Shown: positions 44,705-58,200 of the stretch, one piece after another
Layout: each line of letters opens with the position of its first letter
How positions within the stretch are numbered: position 1 is the stretch's first letter
Assembly: GCA_964057225.1 (NCBI GenBank)
Contig: CAXKVF010000086.1
Coordinates: 186,001 to 250,000 of the forward strand
DNA length: 64,000 bases
Source: Auanema rhodensis
Lineage: Eukaryota > Animalia > Nematoda
Direction: 5' to 3'
Program-made: the position numbers and the translations under genes
Notes under the pieces: model-generated
The model's database searches: none
What the model saw: the letters and a program-made list of their open reading frames with translations, nothing else
Told to the model about the DNA's origin: nothing

Positions 44705-45056
44705 TGTTTTTAGACTAATATGGACATGGGGAATCTAATTTTGAAAACCGCATCTCTTTATCTTTCACGTGAAGCGAGTTACATACCAAGTGCACATCAC
44801 GTGTACATTTAATTAGCATAAATTAAAGTTCACGTAAATTTCAAAGTCATGGTTACCATGCACCAATATCAATAAAAATTTGTTTTTAGACTAATATGGA
44901 CATGGGGAATCTAATTTTGAAAACCGCATCTCTTTATCTTTCACGTGAAGCGAGTTACATACCAAGTGCACATCACGTGTACATTTAATTAGCATAAATT
45001 AAAGTTCACGTAAATTTCAAAGTCATGGTTACCATGAACCAATATCAATAAAAATT

Positions 45057-47168
45057 TGTTTTTAGACTAATATGGACATGGGGAATCTAATTTTGAAAAC
45101 CGCATCTCTTTATCTTTCACGTGAAGCGAGTTACATACCAAGTGCACATCACGTGTACATTTAATTAGCATAAATTAAAGTTCACGTAAATTTCAAAGTC
45201 ATGGTTACCATGCACCAATATCAATAAAAATTTGTTTTTAGACTAATATGGACATGGGGAATCTAATTTTGAAAACCTCATCTCTTTATCTTTCACGTGA
45301 AGCGAGTTACATACCAAGTGCACATCACGTGTACATTTAATTAGCATAAATTAAAGTTCACGTAAATTTCAAAGTCATGGTTACCATGAACCAATATCAA
45401 TAAAAATTTGTTTTTAGACTAATATGGACATGGGGAATCTAATTTTGAAAACCGCATCTCTTTATCTTTCACGTGAAGCGAGTTACATACCAAGTGCACA
45501 TCACGTGTACATTTAATTAGCATAAATTAAAGTTCACGTAAATTTCAAAGTCATGGTTACCATGAACCAATATCAATAAAAATTTGTTTTTAGACTAATA
45601 TGGACATGGGAAATCTAATTTTGAAAACCGCATCTCTTTATCTTTCACGTGAAGCGAGTTACATACCAAGTGCACATCACGTGTACATTCAATTAGCATA
45701 AATTAAAGTTCACGTAAATTTCAAAGTCATGGTTACCATGAAGCAATATCAATAAAAATTTGTTTTTAGACTAATATGGACATGGGGAATCTAATTTTGA
45801 AAACCGCATCTCTTTATCTTTCACGTGAAGCGAGTTACATACCAAGTGCACATCACGTGTACATTTAATTAGCATAAATTAAAGTTCACGTAAATTTCAA
45901 AGTCATGGTGACCATGCACCAATATCAATAAAAATTTGTTTTTAGACTAATATGGACATGGGGAATCTAATTTTGAAAACCACATCTCTTTATCTTTCAC
46001 GTGAAGCGAGTTACATACCAAGTGCACATCACGTGTACATTTAATTAGCATAAATTAAAGTTCACGTAAATTTCAAAGTCATGGTTACCATGCACCAATA
46101 TCAATAAAAATTTGTTTTTAGACTAATATGGACATGGGGAATCTAATTTTGAAAACCGCATCTCTTTATCTTTCACGTGAAGCGAGTTACATACCAAGTG
46201 CACATCACGTGTACATTTAATTAGCATAAATTAAAGTTCACGTAAATTTCAAAGTCATGGTTACCATGCACCAATATCAATAAAAATTTGTTTTTAGACT
46301 AATATGGACATGGGGAGTCTAATTTTGAAAACCGCATCTCTTTATCTTTCACGTGAAGCGAGTTACATACCAAGTGCACATCACGTGTACATTTAATTAG
46401 CATAAATTAAAGTTCACGTAAATTTCAAAGTCATGGTTACCATGAACCAATATCAATAAAAATTTGTTTTTAGACTAATATGGACATGGGGAATCTAATT
46501 TTGAAAACCGCATCTCTTTATCTTTCACGTGAAGCGAGTTACATACCAAGTGCACATCACGTGTACATTTAATTAGCATAAATTAAAGTTCACGTAAATT
46601 TCAAAGTCATGGTTACCATGCACCAATATCAATAAAAATTTGTTTTTAGACTAATATGGACATGGGGAATCTAATTTTGAAAACCTCATCTCTTTATCTT
46701 TCACGTGAAGCGAGTTACATACCAAGTGCACATCACGTGTACATTTAATTAGCATAAATTAAAGTTCACGTAAATTTCAAAGTCATGGTTACCATGAACC
46801 AATATCAATAAAAATTTGTTTTTAGACTAATATGGACATGGGGAATCTAATTTTGAAAACCGCATCTCTTTATCTTTCACGTGAAGCGAGTTACATACCA
46901 AGTGCACATCACGTGTACATTTAATTAGCATAAATTAAAGTTCACGTAAATTTCAAAGTCATGGTTACCATGAACCAATATCAATAAAAATTTGTTTTTA
47001 GACTAATATGGACATGGGAAATCTAATTTTGAAAACCGCATCTCTTTATCTTTCACGTGAAGCGAGTTACATACCAAGTGCACATCACGTGTACATTCAA
47101 TTAGCATAAATTAAAGTTCACGTAAATTTCAAAGTCATGGTTACCATGAAGCAATATCAATAAAAATT
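45057..47168 (+). repeat. Partial duplication at 8-monomer (1408-bp) offset
   Basis: G46T 45278/46686; G27A+T106C+C159G monomer starting at 45585 and 46993. Intervening singletons (T150G, G46A, A29G) are not copied. Confidence 0.82.
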
Positions 47169-48752
47169 TGTTTTTAGACTAATATGGACATGGGGAATCT
47201 AATTTTGAAAACCGCATCTCTTCATCTTTCACGTGAAGCGAGTTACATACCAAGTGCACATCACGTGTACATTCAATTAGCATAAATTAAAGTTCACGTA
47301 AATTTCAAAGTCATGGTTACCATGCACCAATATCAATAAAAATTTGTTTTTAGACTAATATGGACATGGGGAATCTAATTTTGAAAACCGCATCTCTTCA
47401 TCTTTCACGTGAAGCGAGTTACATACCAAGTGCACATCACGTGTACATTTAATTAGCATAAATTAAAGTTCACGTAAATTTCAAAGTCATGGTTACCATT
47501 CACCAATATCAATAAAAATTTGTTTTTAGACTAATATGGACATGGGGAATCTAATTTTGAAAACCGCATCTCTTTATCTTTCACGTGAAGCGAGTTACAT
47601 ACCAAGTGCACATCACGTGTACATTTAATTAGCATAAATTAAAGTTCACGTAAATTTCAAAGTCATGGTTACCATGAACCAATATCAATAAAAATTTGTT
47701 TTTAGACTAATATGGACATGGGAAATCTAATTTTGAAAACCGCATCTCTTTATCTTTCACGTGAAGCGAGTTACATACCAAGTGCACATCACGTGTACAT
47801 TTAATTAGCATAAATTAAAGTTCACGTAAATTTCAAAGTCATGGTTACCATGAACCAATATCAATAAAAATTTGTTTTTAGACTAATATGGACATGAGGA
47901 ATCTAATTTTGAAAACCGCATCTCTTTATCTTTCACGTGAAGCGAGTTACATACCAAGTGCACATCACGTGTACATTTAATTAGCATAAATTAAAGTTCA
48001 CGTAAATTTCAAAGTCATGGTTACCATGCACCAATATCAATAAAAATTTGTTTTTAGACTAATATGGACATGGGGAATCTAATTTTGAAAACCGCATCTC
48101 TTTATCTTTCACGTGAAGCGAGTTACATACCAAGTGCACATCACGTGTACATTTAATTAGCATAAATTAAAGTTCACGTAAATTTCAAAGTCATGGTTAC
48201 CATGCACCAATATCAATAAAAATTTGTTTTTAGACTAATATGGACATGGGGAATCTAATTTTGAAAACCGCATCTCTTTATCTTTCACGTGAAGCGAGTT
48301 ACATACCAAGTGCACATCACGTGTACATTTAATTAGCATAAATTAAAGTTCACGTAAATTTCAAAGTCATGGTTACCATGCACCAATATCAATAAAAATT
48401 TGTTTTTAGACTAATATGGACATGGGGAATCTAATTTTGAAAACCGCTTCTCTTTATCTTTCACGTGAAGCGAGTTACATACCAAGTGCACATCACGTGT
48501 ACATTTAATTAGCATAAATTAAAGTTCACGTAAATTTCAAAGTCATGGTTACCATGCACCAATATCAATAAAAATTTGTTTTTAGACTAATATGGACATG
48601 GGGAATCTAATTTTGAAAACCGCATCTCTTTATCTTTCACGTGAAGCGAGTTACATACCAAGTGCACATCACGTGTACATTTAATTAGCATAAATTAAAG
48701 TTCACGTAAATTTCAAAGTCATGGTTACCATGAACCAATATCAATAAAAATT

Positions 48753-50864
48753 TGTTTTTAGACTAATATGGACATGGGGAATCTAATTTTGAAAACCGCA
48801 TCTCTTTATCTTTCACGTGAAGCGAGTTACATACCAAGTGCACATCACGTGTACATTTAATTAGCATAAATTAAAGTTCACGTAAATTTCAAAGTCATGG
48901 TTACCATGCACCAATATCAATAAAAATTTGTTTTTAGACTTATATGGACATGGGGAATCTAATTTTGAAAACCGCATCTCTTTATCTTTCACGTGAAGCG
49001 AGTTACATACCAAGTGCACATCACGTGTACATTTAATTAGCATAAATTAAAGTTCACGTAAATTTCAAAGTCATGGTTACCATGCACCAATATCAATAAA
49101 AATTTGTTTTTAGACTAATATGGACATGGGGAATCTAATTTTGAAAACCGCATCTCTTTATCTTTCACGTGAAGCGAGTTACATACCAAGTGCACATCAC
49201 GTGTACATTTAATTAGCATAAATTAAAGTTCACGTAAATTTCAAAGTCATGGTTACCATGCACCAATATCAATAAAAATTTGTTTTTAGACTAATATGGA
49301 CATGGGGAATCTAATTTTGAAAACCGCATCTCTTTATCTTTCACGTGAAGCGAGTTACATACCAAGTGCACATCACGTGTACATTTAATTAGCATAAATT
49401 AAAGTTCACGTAAATTTCAAAGTCATGGTTACCATGCACCAATATCAATAAAAATTTGTTTTTAGACTAATATGGACATGGGGAATCTAATTTTGAAAAC
49501 CGCATCTCTTTATCTTTCACGTGAAGCGAGTTACATACCAAGTGCACATCACGTGTACATTTAATTAGCATAAATTAAAGTTCACGTAAATTTCAAAGTC
49601 ATGGTTACCATGAACCAATATCAATAAAAATTTGTTTTTAGACTAATATGGACATGGAGAATCTAATTTTGAAAACCGCATCTCTTTATCTTTCACGTGA
49701 AGCGAGTTACATACCAAGTGCACATCACGTGTACATTTAATTAGCATAAATTAAAGTTCACGTAAATTTCAAAGTCATGGTTACCATGAACCAATATCAA
49801 TAAAAATTTGTTTTTAGACTAATATGGACATGGGGAATCTAATTTTGAAAACCGCATCTCTTTATCTTTCACGTGAAGCGAGTTACATACCAAGTGCACA
49901 TCACGTGTACATTTAATTAGCATAAATTAAAGTTCACGTAAATTTCAAAGTCATGGTTACCATGCACCAATATCAATAAAAATTTGTTTTTAGACTTATA
50001 TGGACATGGGGAATCTAATTTTGAAAACCGCATCTCTTTATCTTTCACGTGAAGCGAGTTACATACCAAGTGCACATCACGTGTACATTTAATTAGCATA
50101 AATTAAAGTTCACGTAAATTTCAAAGTCATGGTTACCATGCACCAATATCAATAAAAATTTGTTTTTAGACTAATATGGACATGGGGAATCTAATTTTGA
50201 AAACCGCATCTCTTTATCTTTCACGTGAAGCGAGTTACATACCAAGTGCACATCACGTGTACATTTAATTAGCATAAATTAAAGTTCACGTAAATTTCAA
50301 AGTCATGGTTACCATGCACCAATATCAATAAAAATTTGTTTTTAGACTAATATGGACATGGGGAATCTAATTTTGAAAACCGCATCTCTTTATCTTTCAC
50401 GTGAAGCGAGTTACATACCAAGTGCACATCACGTGTACATTTAATTAGCATAAATTAAAGTTCACGTAAATTTCAAAGTCATGGTTACCATGCACCAATA
50501 TCAATAAAAATTTGTTTTTAGACTAATATGGACATGGGGAATCTAATTTTGAAAACCGCATCTCTTTATCTTTCACGTGAAGCGAGTTACATACCAAGTG
50601 CACATCACGTGTACATTTAATTAGCATAAATTAAAGTTCACGTAAATTTCAAAGTCATGGTTACCATGAACCAATATCAATAAAAATTTGTTTTTAGACT
50701 AATATGGACATGGAGAATCTAATTTTGAAAACCGCATCTCTTTATCTTTCACGTGAAGCGAGTTACATACCAAGTGCACATCACGTGTACATTTAATTAG
50801 CATAAATTAAAGTTCACGTAAATTTCAAAGTCATGGTTACCATGCACCAATATCAATAAAAATT
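48753..50864 (+). repeat. Tandem duplication of 6 monomers (1056 bp)
   Basis: A13T 48941/49997, G26A 49658/50714; explains the two identical ORFs. Confidence 0.9.
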
Positions 50865-52272
50865 TGTTTTTAGACTAATATGGACATGGGGAATCTAATT
50901 TTGAAAACCGCATCTCTTTATCTTTCACGTGAAGCGAGTTACATACCAAGTGCACATCACGTGTACATTTAATTAGCATAAATTAAAGTTCACGTAAATT
51001 TCAAAGTCATGGTTACCATGCACCAATATCAATAAAAATTTGTTTTTAGACTAATATGGACATGGGGAATCTAATTTTGAAAACCGCATCTCTTTATCTT
51101 TCACGTGAAGCGAGTTACATACCAAGTGCACATCACGTGTACATTTAATTAGCATAAATTAAAGTTCACGTAAATTTCAAAGTCATGGTTACCATGCACC
51201 AATATCAATAAAAATTTGTTTTTAGACTAATATGGACATGGGGAATCTAATTTTGAAAACCGCATCTCTTCATCTTTCACGTGAAGCGAGTTACATACCA
51301 AGTGCACATCACGTGTACATTTAATTAGCATAAATTAAAGTTCACGTAAATTTCAAAGTCATGGTTACCATGCACCAATATCAATAAAAATTTGTTTTTA
51401 GACTAATATGGACATGGGGAATCTAATTTTGAAAACCGCATCTCTTCATCTTTTACGTGAAGCGAGTTACATACCAAGTGCACATCACGTGTACATTTAA
51501 TGAGCATAAATTAAAGTTCACGTAAATTTCAAAGTCATGGTTACCATGAACTAATATCAATAAAAATTTGTTTTTAGACTAATATGGACATGGGGAATCT
51601 AATTTTGAAAACCGCATCTCTTTATCTTTCACGTGAAGCGAGTTACATACCAAGTGCACATCACGTGTACATTTAATTAGCATAAATTAAAGTTCACGTA
51701 AATTTCAAAGTCATGGTTACCATGCACCAATATCAATAAAAATTTGTTTTTAAACTAATATGGACATGGGGAATCTAATTTTGAAAACCGCATCTCTTTA
51801 TCTTTCACGTGAAGCGAGTTACATACCAAGTGCACATCACGTGTACATTTAATTAGCATAAATTAAAGTTCACGTAAATTTCAAAGTCATGGTTACCATG
51901 CACCAATATCAATAAAAATTTGTTTTTAGACTAATATGGACATGGGGAATCTAATTTTGAAAACCGCATCTCCTTATCTTTCACGTGAAGCGAGTTACAT
52001 ACCAAGTGCACATCACGTGTACATTTAATTAGCATAAATTAAAGTTCACGTAAATTTCAAAGTCATGGTTACCATGAACCAATATCAATAAAAATTTGTT
52101 TTTAGACTAATATGGAGATGGGGAATCTAATTTTGAAAACCGCATCTCTTTATCTTTCACGTGAAGCGAGTTACATACCAAGTGCTCATCACGTGTACAT
52201 TTAATTAGCATAAATTAAAGTTCACGTAAATTTCAAAGTCATGGTTACCATGAACCAATATCAATAAAAATT

Positions 52273-55200
52273 TGTTTTTAGACTAATATGGACATGGGGA
52301 ATCTAATTTTGAAAACCGCATCTCTTTATCTTTCACGTGAAGCGAGTTACATACCAAGTGCCCATCACGTGTACATTTAATTAGCATAAATTAAAGTTCA
52401 CGTAAATTTCAAAGTCATGGTTACCATGCACCAATATCAATAAAAATTTGTTTTTAGACTAATATGGACATGGGGAATCTAATTTTGAAAACCGCATCTC
52501 GTTATCTTTCACGTGAAGCGAGTTACATACCAAGTGCACATCACGTGTACATTTAATTAGCATAAATTAAAGTTCACGTAAATTTCAAAGTCATGGTTAC
52601 CATGAACCAATATCAATAAAAATTTGTTTTTAGACTAATATGGACATGGGGAATCTAATTTTGAAAACCGCATCTCTTTATCTTTCACGTGAAGCGAGTT
52701 ACATACCAAGTGCTCATCACGTGTACATTTAATTAGCATAAATTAAAGTTCACGTAAATTTCAAAGTCATGGTTACCATGAACCAATATCAATAAAAATT
52801 TGTTTTTAGACTAATATGGACATGGGGAATCTAATTTTGAAAACCGCATCTCTTTATCTTTCACGTGAAGCGAGTTACATACCAAGTGCCCATCACGTGT
52901 ACATTTAATTAGCATAAATTAAAGTTCACGTAAATTTCAAAGTCATGGTTACCATGCACCAATATCAATAAAAATTTGTTTTTAGACTAATATGGACATG
53001 GGGAATCTAATTTTGAAAACCGCATCTCGTTATCTTTCACGTGAAGCGAGTTACATACCAAGTGCACATCACGTGTACATTTAATTAGCATAAATTAAAG
53101 TTCACGTAAATTTCAAAGTCATGGTTACCATGCACCAATATCAATAAAAATTTGTTTTTAGACTAATATGGACATGGGGAATCTAATTTTGAAAACCGCA
53201 TCTCTTTATCTTTCACGTGAAGCGAGTTACATACCAAGTGCACATCACGTGTACATTTAATTAGCATAAATTAAAGTTCACGTAAATCTCAAAGTCATGG
53301 TTACCATGCACCAATATCAATAAAAATTTGTTTTTAGACTAATATGGACATGGGGAATCTAATTTTGAAAACCGCATCTCTTTATCTTTCACGTGAAGCG
53401 AGTTACATACCAAGTGCACATCACGTGTACATTTAATTAGCATAAATTAAAGTTCACGTAAATTTCAAAGTCATGGTTACCATGAACCAATATCAATAAA
53501 AATTTGTTTTTAGACTAATATGGACATGGGGAATCTAATTTTTAAAACCGCATCTCTTTATCTTTCACGTGAAGCGAGTTACATACCAAGTGCACATCAC
53601 GTGTACATTTAATTAGCATAAATTAAAGTTCACGTAAATTTCAAAGTCATGGTTACCATGAACCAATATCAATAAAAATTTGTTTTTAGACTAATATGGA
53701 CATGGGGAATCTAATTTTGAAAACCGCATCTCGTTATCTTTCACGTGAAGCGAGTTACATACCAAGTGCACATCACGTGTACATTTAATTAGCATAAATT
53801 AAAGTTCACGTAAATTTCAAAGTCATGGTTACCATGCACCAATATCAATAAAAATTTGTTTTTAGACTAATATGGACATGGGGAATCTAATTTTGAAAAC
53901 CGCATCTCTTTATCTTTCACGTGAAGCGAGTTACATACCAAGTGCACATCACGTGTACATTTAATTAGCATAAATTAAAGTTCACGTAAATTTCAAAGTC
54001 ATGGTTACCATGCACCAATATCAATAAAAATTTGTTTTTAGACTAATATGGACATGGGGAATCTAATTTTGAAAACCGCATCTCTTTATCTTTCACGTGA
54101 AGCGAGTTACATACCAAGTGCACATCACGTGTACATTTAATTAGCATAAATTAAAGTTCACGTAAATTTCAAAGTCATGGTTACCATGAACCAATATCAA
54201 TAAAAATTTGTTTTTAGACTAATATGGACATGGGGAATCTAATTTTGAAAACCGCATCTCTTTATCTTTCACGTGAAGCGAGTTACATACCAAGTGCACA
54301 TCACGTGTACATTTAATTAGCATAAATTAAAGTTCACGTAAATTTCAAAGTCATGGTTACCATGAACCAATATCAATAAAAATTTGTTTTTAGACTAATA
54401 TGGACATGGGGAATCTAATTTTGAAAACCGCATCTCTTTATCTTTCACGTGAAGCGAGTTACATACCAAGTGCCCATCACGTGTACATTTAATTAGCATA
54501 AATTAAAGTTCACGTAAATTTCAAAGTCATGGTTACCATGCACCAATATCAATAAAAATTTGTTTTTAGACTAATATGGACATGGGGAATCTAATTTTGA
54601 AAACCGCATCTCCTTATCTTTCACGTGAAGCGAGTTACATACCAAGTGCACATCACGTGTACATTTAATTAGCATAAATTAAAGTTCACGTAAATCTCAA
54701 AGTCATGGTTACCATGCACCAATATCAATAAAAATTTGTTTTTAGACTAATATGGACATGGGGAATCTAATTTTGAAAACCGCATCTCTTTATCTTTCAC
54801 GTGAAGCGAGTTACATACCAAGTGCACATCACGTGTACATTTAATTAGCATAAATTAAAGTTCACGTAAATTTCAAAGTCATGGTTACCATGAACCAATA
54901 TCAATAAAAATTTGTTTTTAGACTAATATTGACATGGGGAATCTAATTTTGAAAACCGCATCTCGTTATCTTTCACGTGAAGCGAGTTACATACCAAGTG
55001 CACATCACGTGTACATTTAATTAGCATAAATTAAAGTTCACGTAAATTTCAAAGTCATGGTTACCATGCACCAATATCAATAAAAATTTGTTTTTAGACT
55101 AATATGGACATGGGGAATCTAATTTTGAAAACCGCATCTCTTTATCTTTCACGTGAAGCGAGTTACATACCAAGTGCACATCACGTGTACATTTAATTAG

Positions 55201-58200
55201 CATAAATTAAAGTTCACGTAAATTTCAAAGTCATGGTTACCATGCACCAATATCAATAAAAATTTGTTTTTAGACTAATATGGACATGGGGAATCTAATT
55301 TTGAAAACCGCATCTCTTTATCTTTCACGTGAAGCGAGTTACATACCAAGTGCACATCACGTGTACATTTAATTAGCATAAATTAAAGTTCACGTAAATT
55401 TCAAAGTCATGGTTACCATGCACCAATATCAATAAAAATTTGTTTTTAGACTAATATGGACATGGGGAATCTAATTTTGAAAACCGCATCTCGTTATCTT
55501 TCACGTGAAGCGAGTTACATACCAAGTGCACATCACGTGTACATTTAATTAGCATAAATTAAAGTTCACGTAAATTTCAAAGTCATGGTTACCATGCACC
55601 AATATCAATAAAAATTTGTTTTTAGACTAATATGGACATGGGGAATCTAATTTTGAAAACCGCATCTCTTTATCTTTCACGTGAAGCGAGTTACATACCA
55701 AGTGCACATCACGTGTACATTTAATTAGCATAAATTAAAGTTCACGTAAATTTCAAAGTCATGGTTACCATGCACCAATATCAATAAAAATTTGTTTTTA
55801 GACTAATATGGACATGGGGAATCTAATTTTGAAAACCGCATCTCTTTATCTTTCACGTGAAGCGAGTTACATACCAAGTGCCCATCACGTGTACATTTAA
55901 TTAGCATAAATTAAAGTTCACGTAAATTTCAAAGTCATGGTTACCATGCACCAATATCAATAAAAATTTGTTTTTAGACTAATATGGACATGGGGAATCT
56001 AATTTTGAAAACCGCATCTCGTTATCTTTCACGTGAAGCGAGTTACATACCAAGTGCACATCACGTGTACATTTAATTAGCATAAATTAAAGTTCACGTA
56101 AATTTCAAAGTCATGGTTACCATGAACCAATATCAATAAAAATTTGTTTTTAGACTAATATGGACATGGGGAATCTAATTTTGAAAACCGCATCTCTTTA
56201 TCTTTCACGTGAAGCGAGTTACATACCAAGTGCACATCACGTGTACATTTAATTAGCATAAATTAAAGTTCACGTAAATTTCAAAGTCATGGTTACCATG
56301 AACCAATATCAATAAAAATTTGTTTTTAGACTAATATGGACATGGGGAATCTAATTTTGAAAACCGCATCTCGTTATCTTTCACGTGAAGCGAGTTACAT
56401 ACCAAGTGCACATCACGTGTACATTTAATTAGCATAAATTAAAGTTCACGTAAATTTCAAAGTCATGGTTACCATGCACCAATATCAATAAAAATTTGTT
56501 TTTAGACTAATATGGACATGGGGAATCTAATTTTGAAAACCGCATCTCTTTATCTTTCACGTGAAGCGAGTTACATACCAAGTGCACATCACGTGTACAT
56601 TTAATTAGCATAAATTAAAGTTCACGTAAATTTCAAAGTCATGGTTACCATGCACCAATATCAATAAAAATTTGTTTTTAGACTAATATGGACATGGGGA
56701 ATCTAATTTTGAAAACCGCATCTCTTTATCTTTCACGTGAAGCGAGTTACATACCAAGTGCACATCACGTGTACATTTAATTAGCATAAATTAAAGTTCA
56801 CGTAAATTTCAAAGTCATGGTTACCATGAACCAATATCAATAAAAATTTGTTTTTAGACTAATATGGACATGGGGAATCTAATTTTGAAAACCGCATCTC
56901 TTTATCTTTCACGTGAAGCGAGTTACATACCAAGTGCACATCACGTGTACATTTAATTAGCATAAATTAAAGTTCACGTAAATTTCAAAGTCATGGTTAC
57001 CATGAACCAATATCAATAAAAATTTGTTTTTAGACTAATATGGACATGGGGAATCTAATTTTGAAAACCGCATCTCTTTATCTTTCACGTGAAGCGAGTT
57101 ACATACCAAGTGCCCATCACGTGTACATTTAATTAGCATAAATTAAAGTTCACGTAAATTTCAAAGTCATGGTTACCATGCACCAATATCAATAAAAATT
57201 TGTTTTTAGACTAATATGGACATGGGGAATCTAATTTTGAAAACCGCATCTCTTTATCTTTCACGTGAAGCGAGTTACATACCAAGTGCACATCACGTGT
57301 ACATTTAATTAGCATAAATTAAAGTTCACGTAAATTTCAAAGTCATGGTTACCATGAACCAATATCAATAAAAATTTGTTTTTAGACTAATATTGACATG
57401 GGGAATCTAATTTTGAAAACCGCATCTCGTTATCTTTCACGTGAAGCGAGTTACATACCAAGTGCACATCACGTGTACATTTAATTAGCATAAATTAAAG
57501 TTCACGTAAATTTCAAAGTCATGGTTACCATGCACCAATATCAATAAAAATTTGTTTTTAGACTAATATGGACATGGGGAATCTAATTTTGAAAACCGCA
57601 TCTCTTTATCTTTCACGTGAAGCGAGTTACATACCAAGTGCACATCACGTGTACATTTAATTAGCATAAATTAAAGTTCACGTAAATTTCAAAGTCATGG
57701 TTACCATGCACCAATATCAATAAAAATTTGTTTTTAGACTAATATGGACATGGGGAATCTAATTTTGAAAACCGCATCTCTTTATCTTTCACGTGAAGCG
57801 AGTTACATACCAAGTGCACATCACGTGTACATTTAATTAGCATAAATTAAAGTTCACGTAAATTTCAAAGTCATGGTTACCATGCACCAATATCAATAAA
57901 AATTTGTTTTTAGACTAATATGGACATGGGGAATCTAATTTTGAAAACCGCATCTCGTTATCTTTCACGTGAAGCGAGTTACATACCAAGTGCACATCAC
58001 GTGTACATTTAATTAGCATAAATTAAAGTTCACGTAAATTTCAAAGTCATGGTTACCATGCACCAATATCAATAAAAATTTGTTTTTAGACTAATATGGA
58101 CATGGGGAATCTAATTTTGAAAACCGCATCTCTTTATCTTTCACGTGAAGCGAGTTACATACCAAGTGCACATCACGTGTACATTTAATTAGCATAAATT

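Noticed and set aside
48861-49043. 60-aa minus-strand ORF (MLIKCTRD...)
   Set aside because: Exists only because A13T at 48941 turns the minus-strand TAG into AAG in one monomer; it is translated satellite with no recognisable domain or gene context.
49917-50099. Identical second 60-aa ORF
   Set aside because: Copy of the same SNP (49997) through the 6-monomer duplication; not independent evidence of coding.
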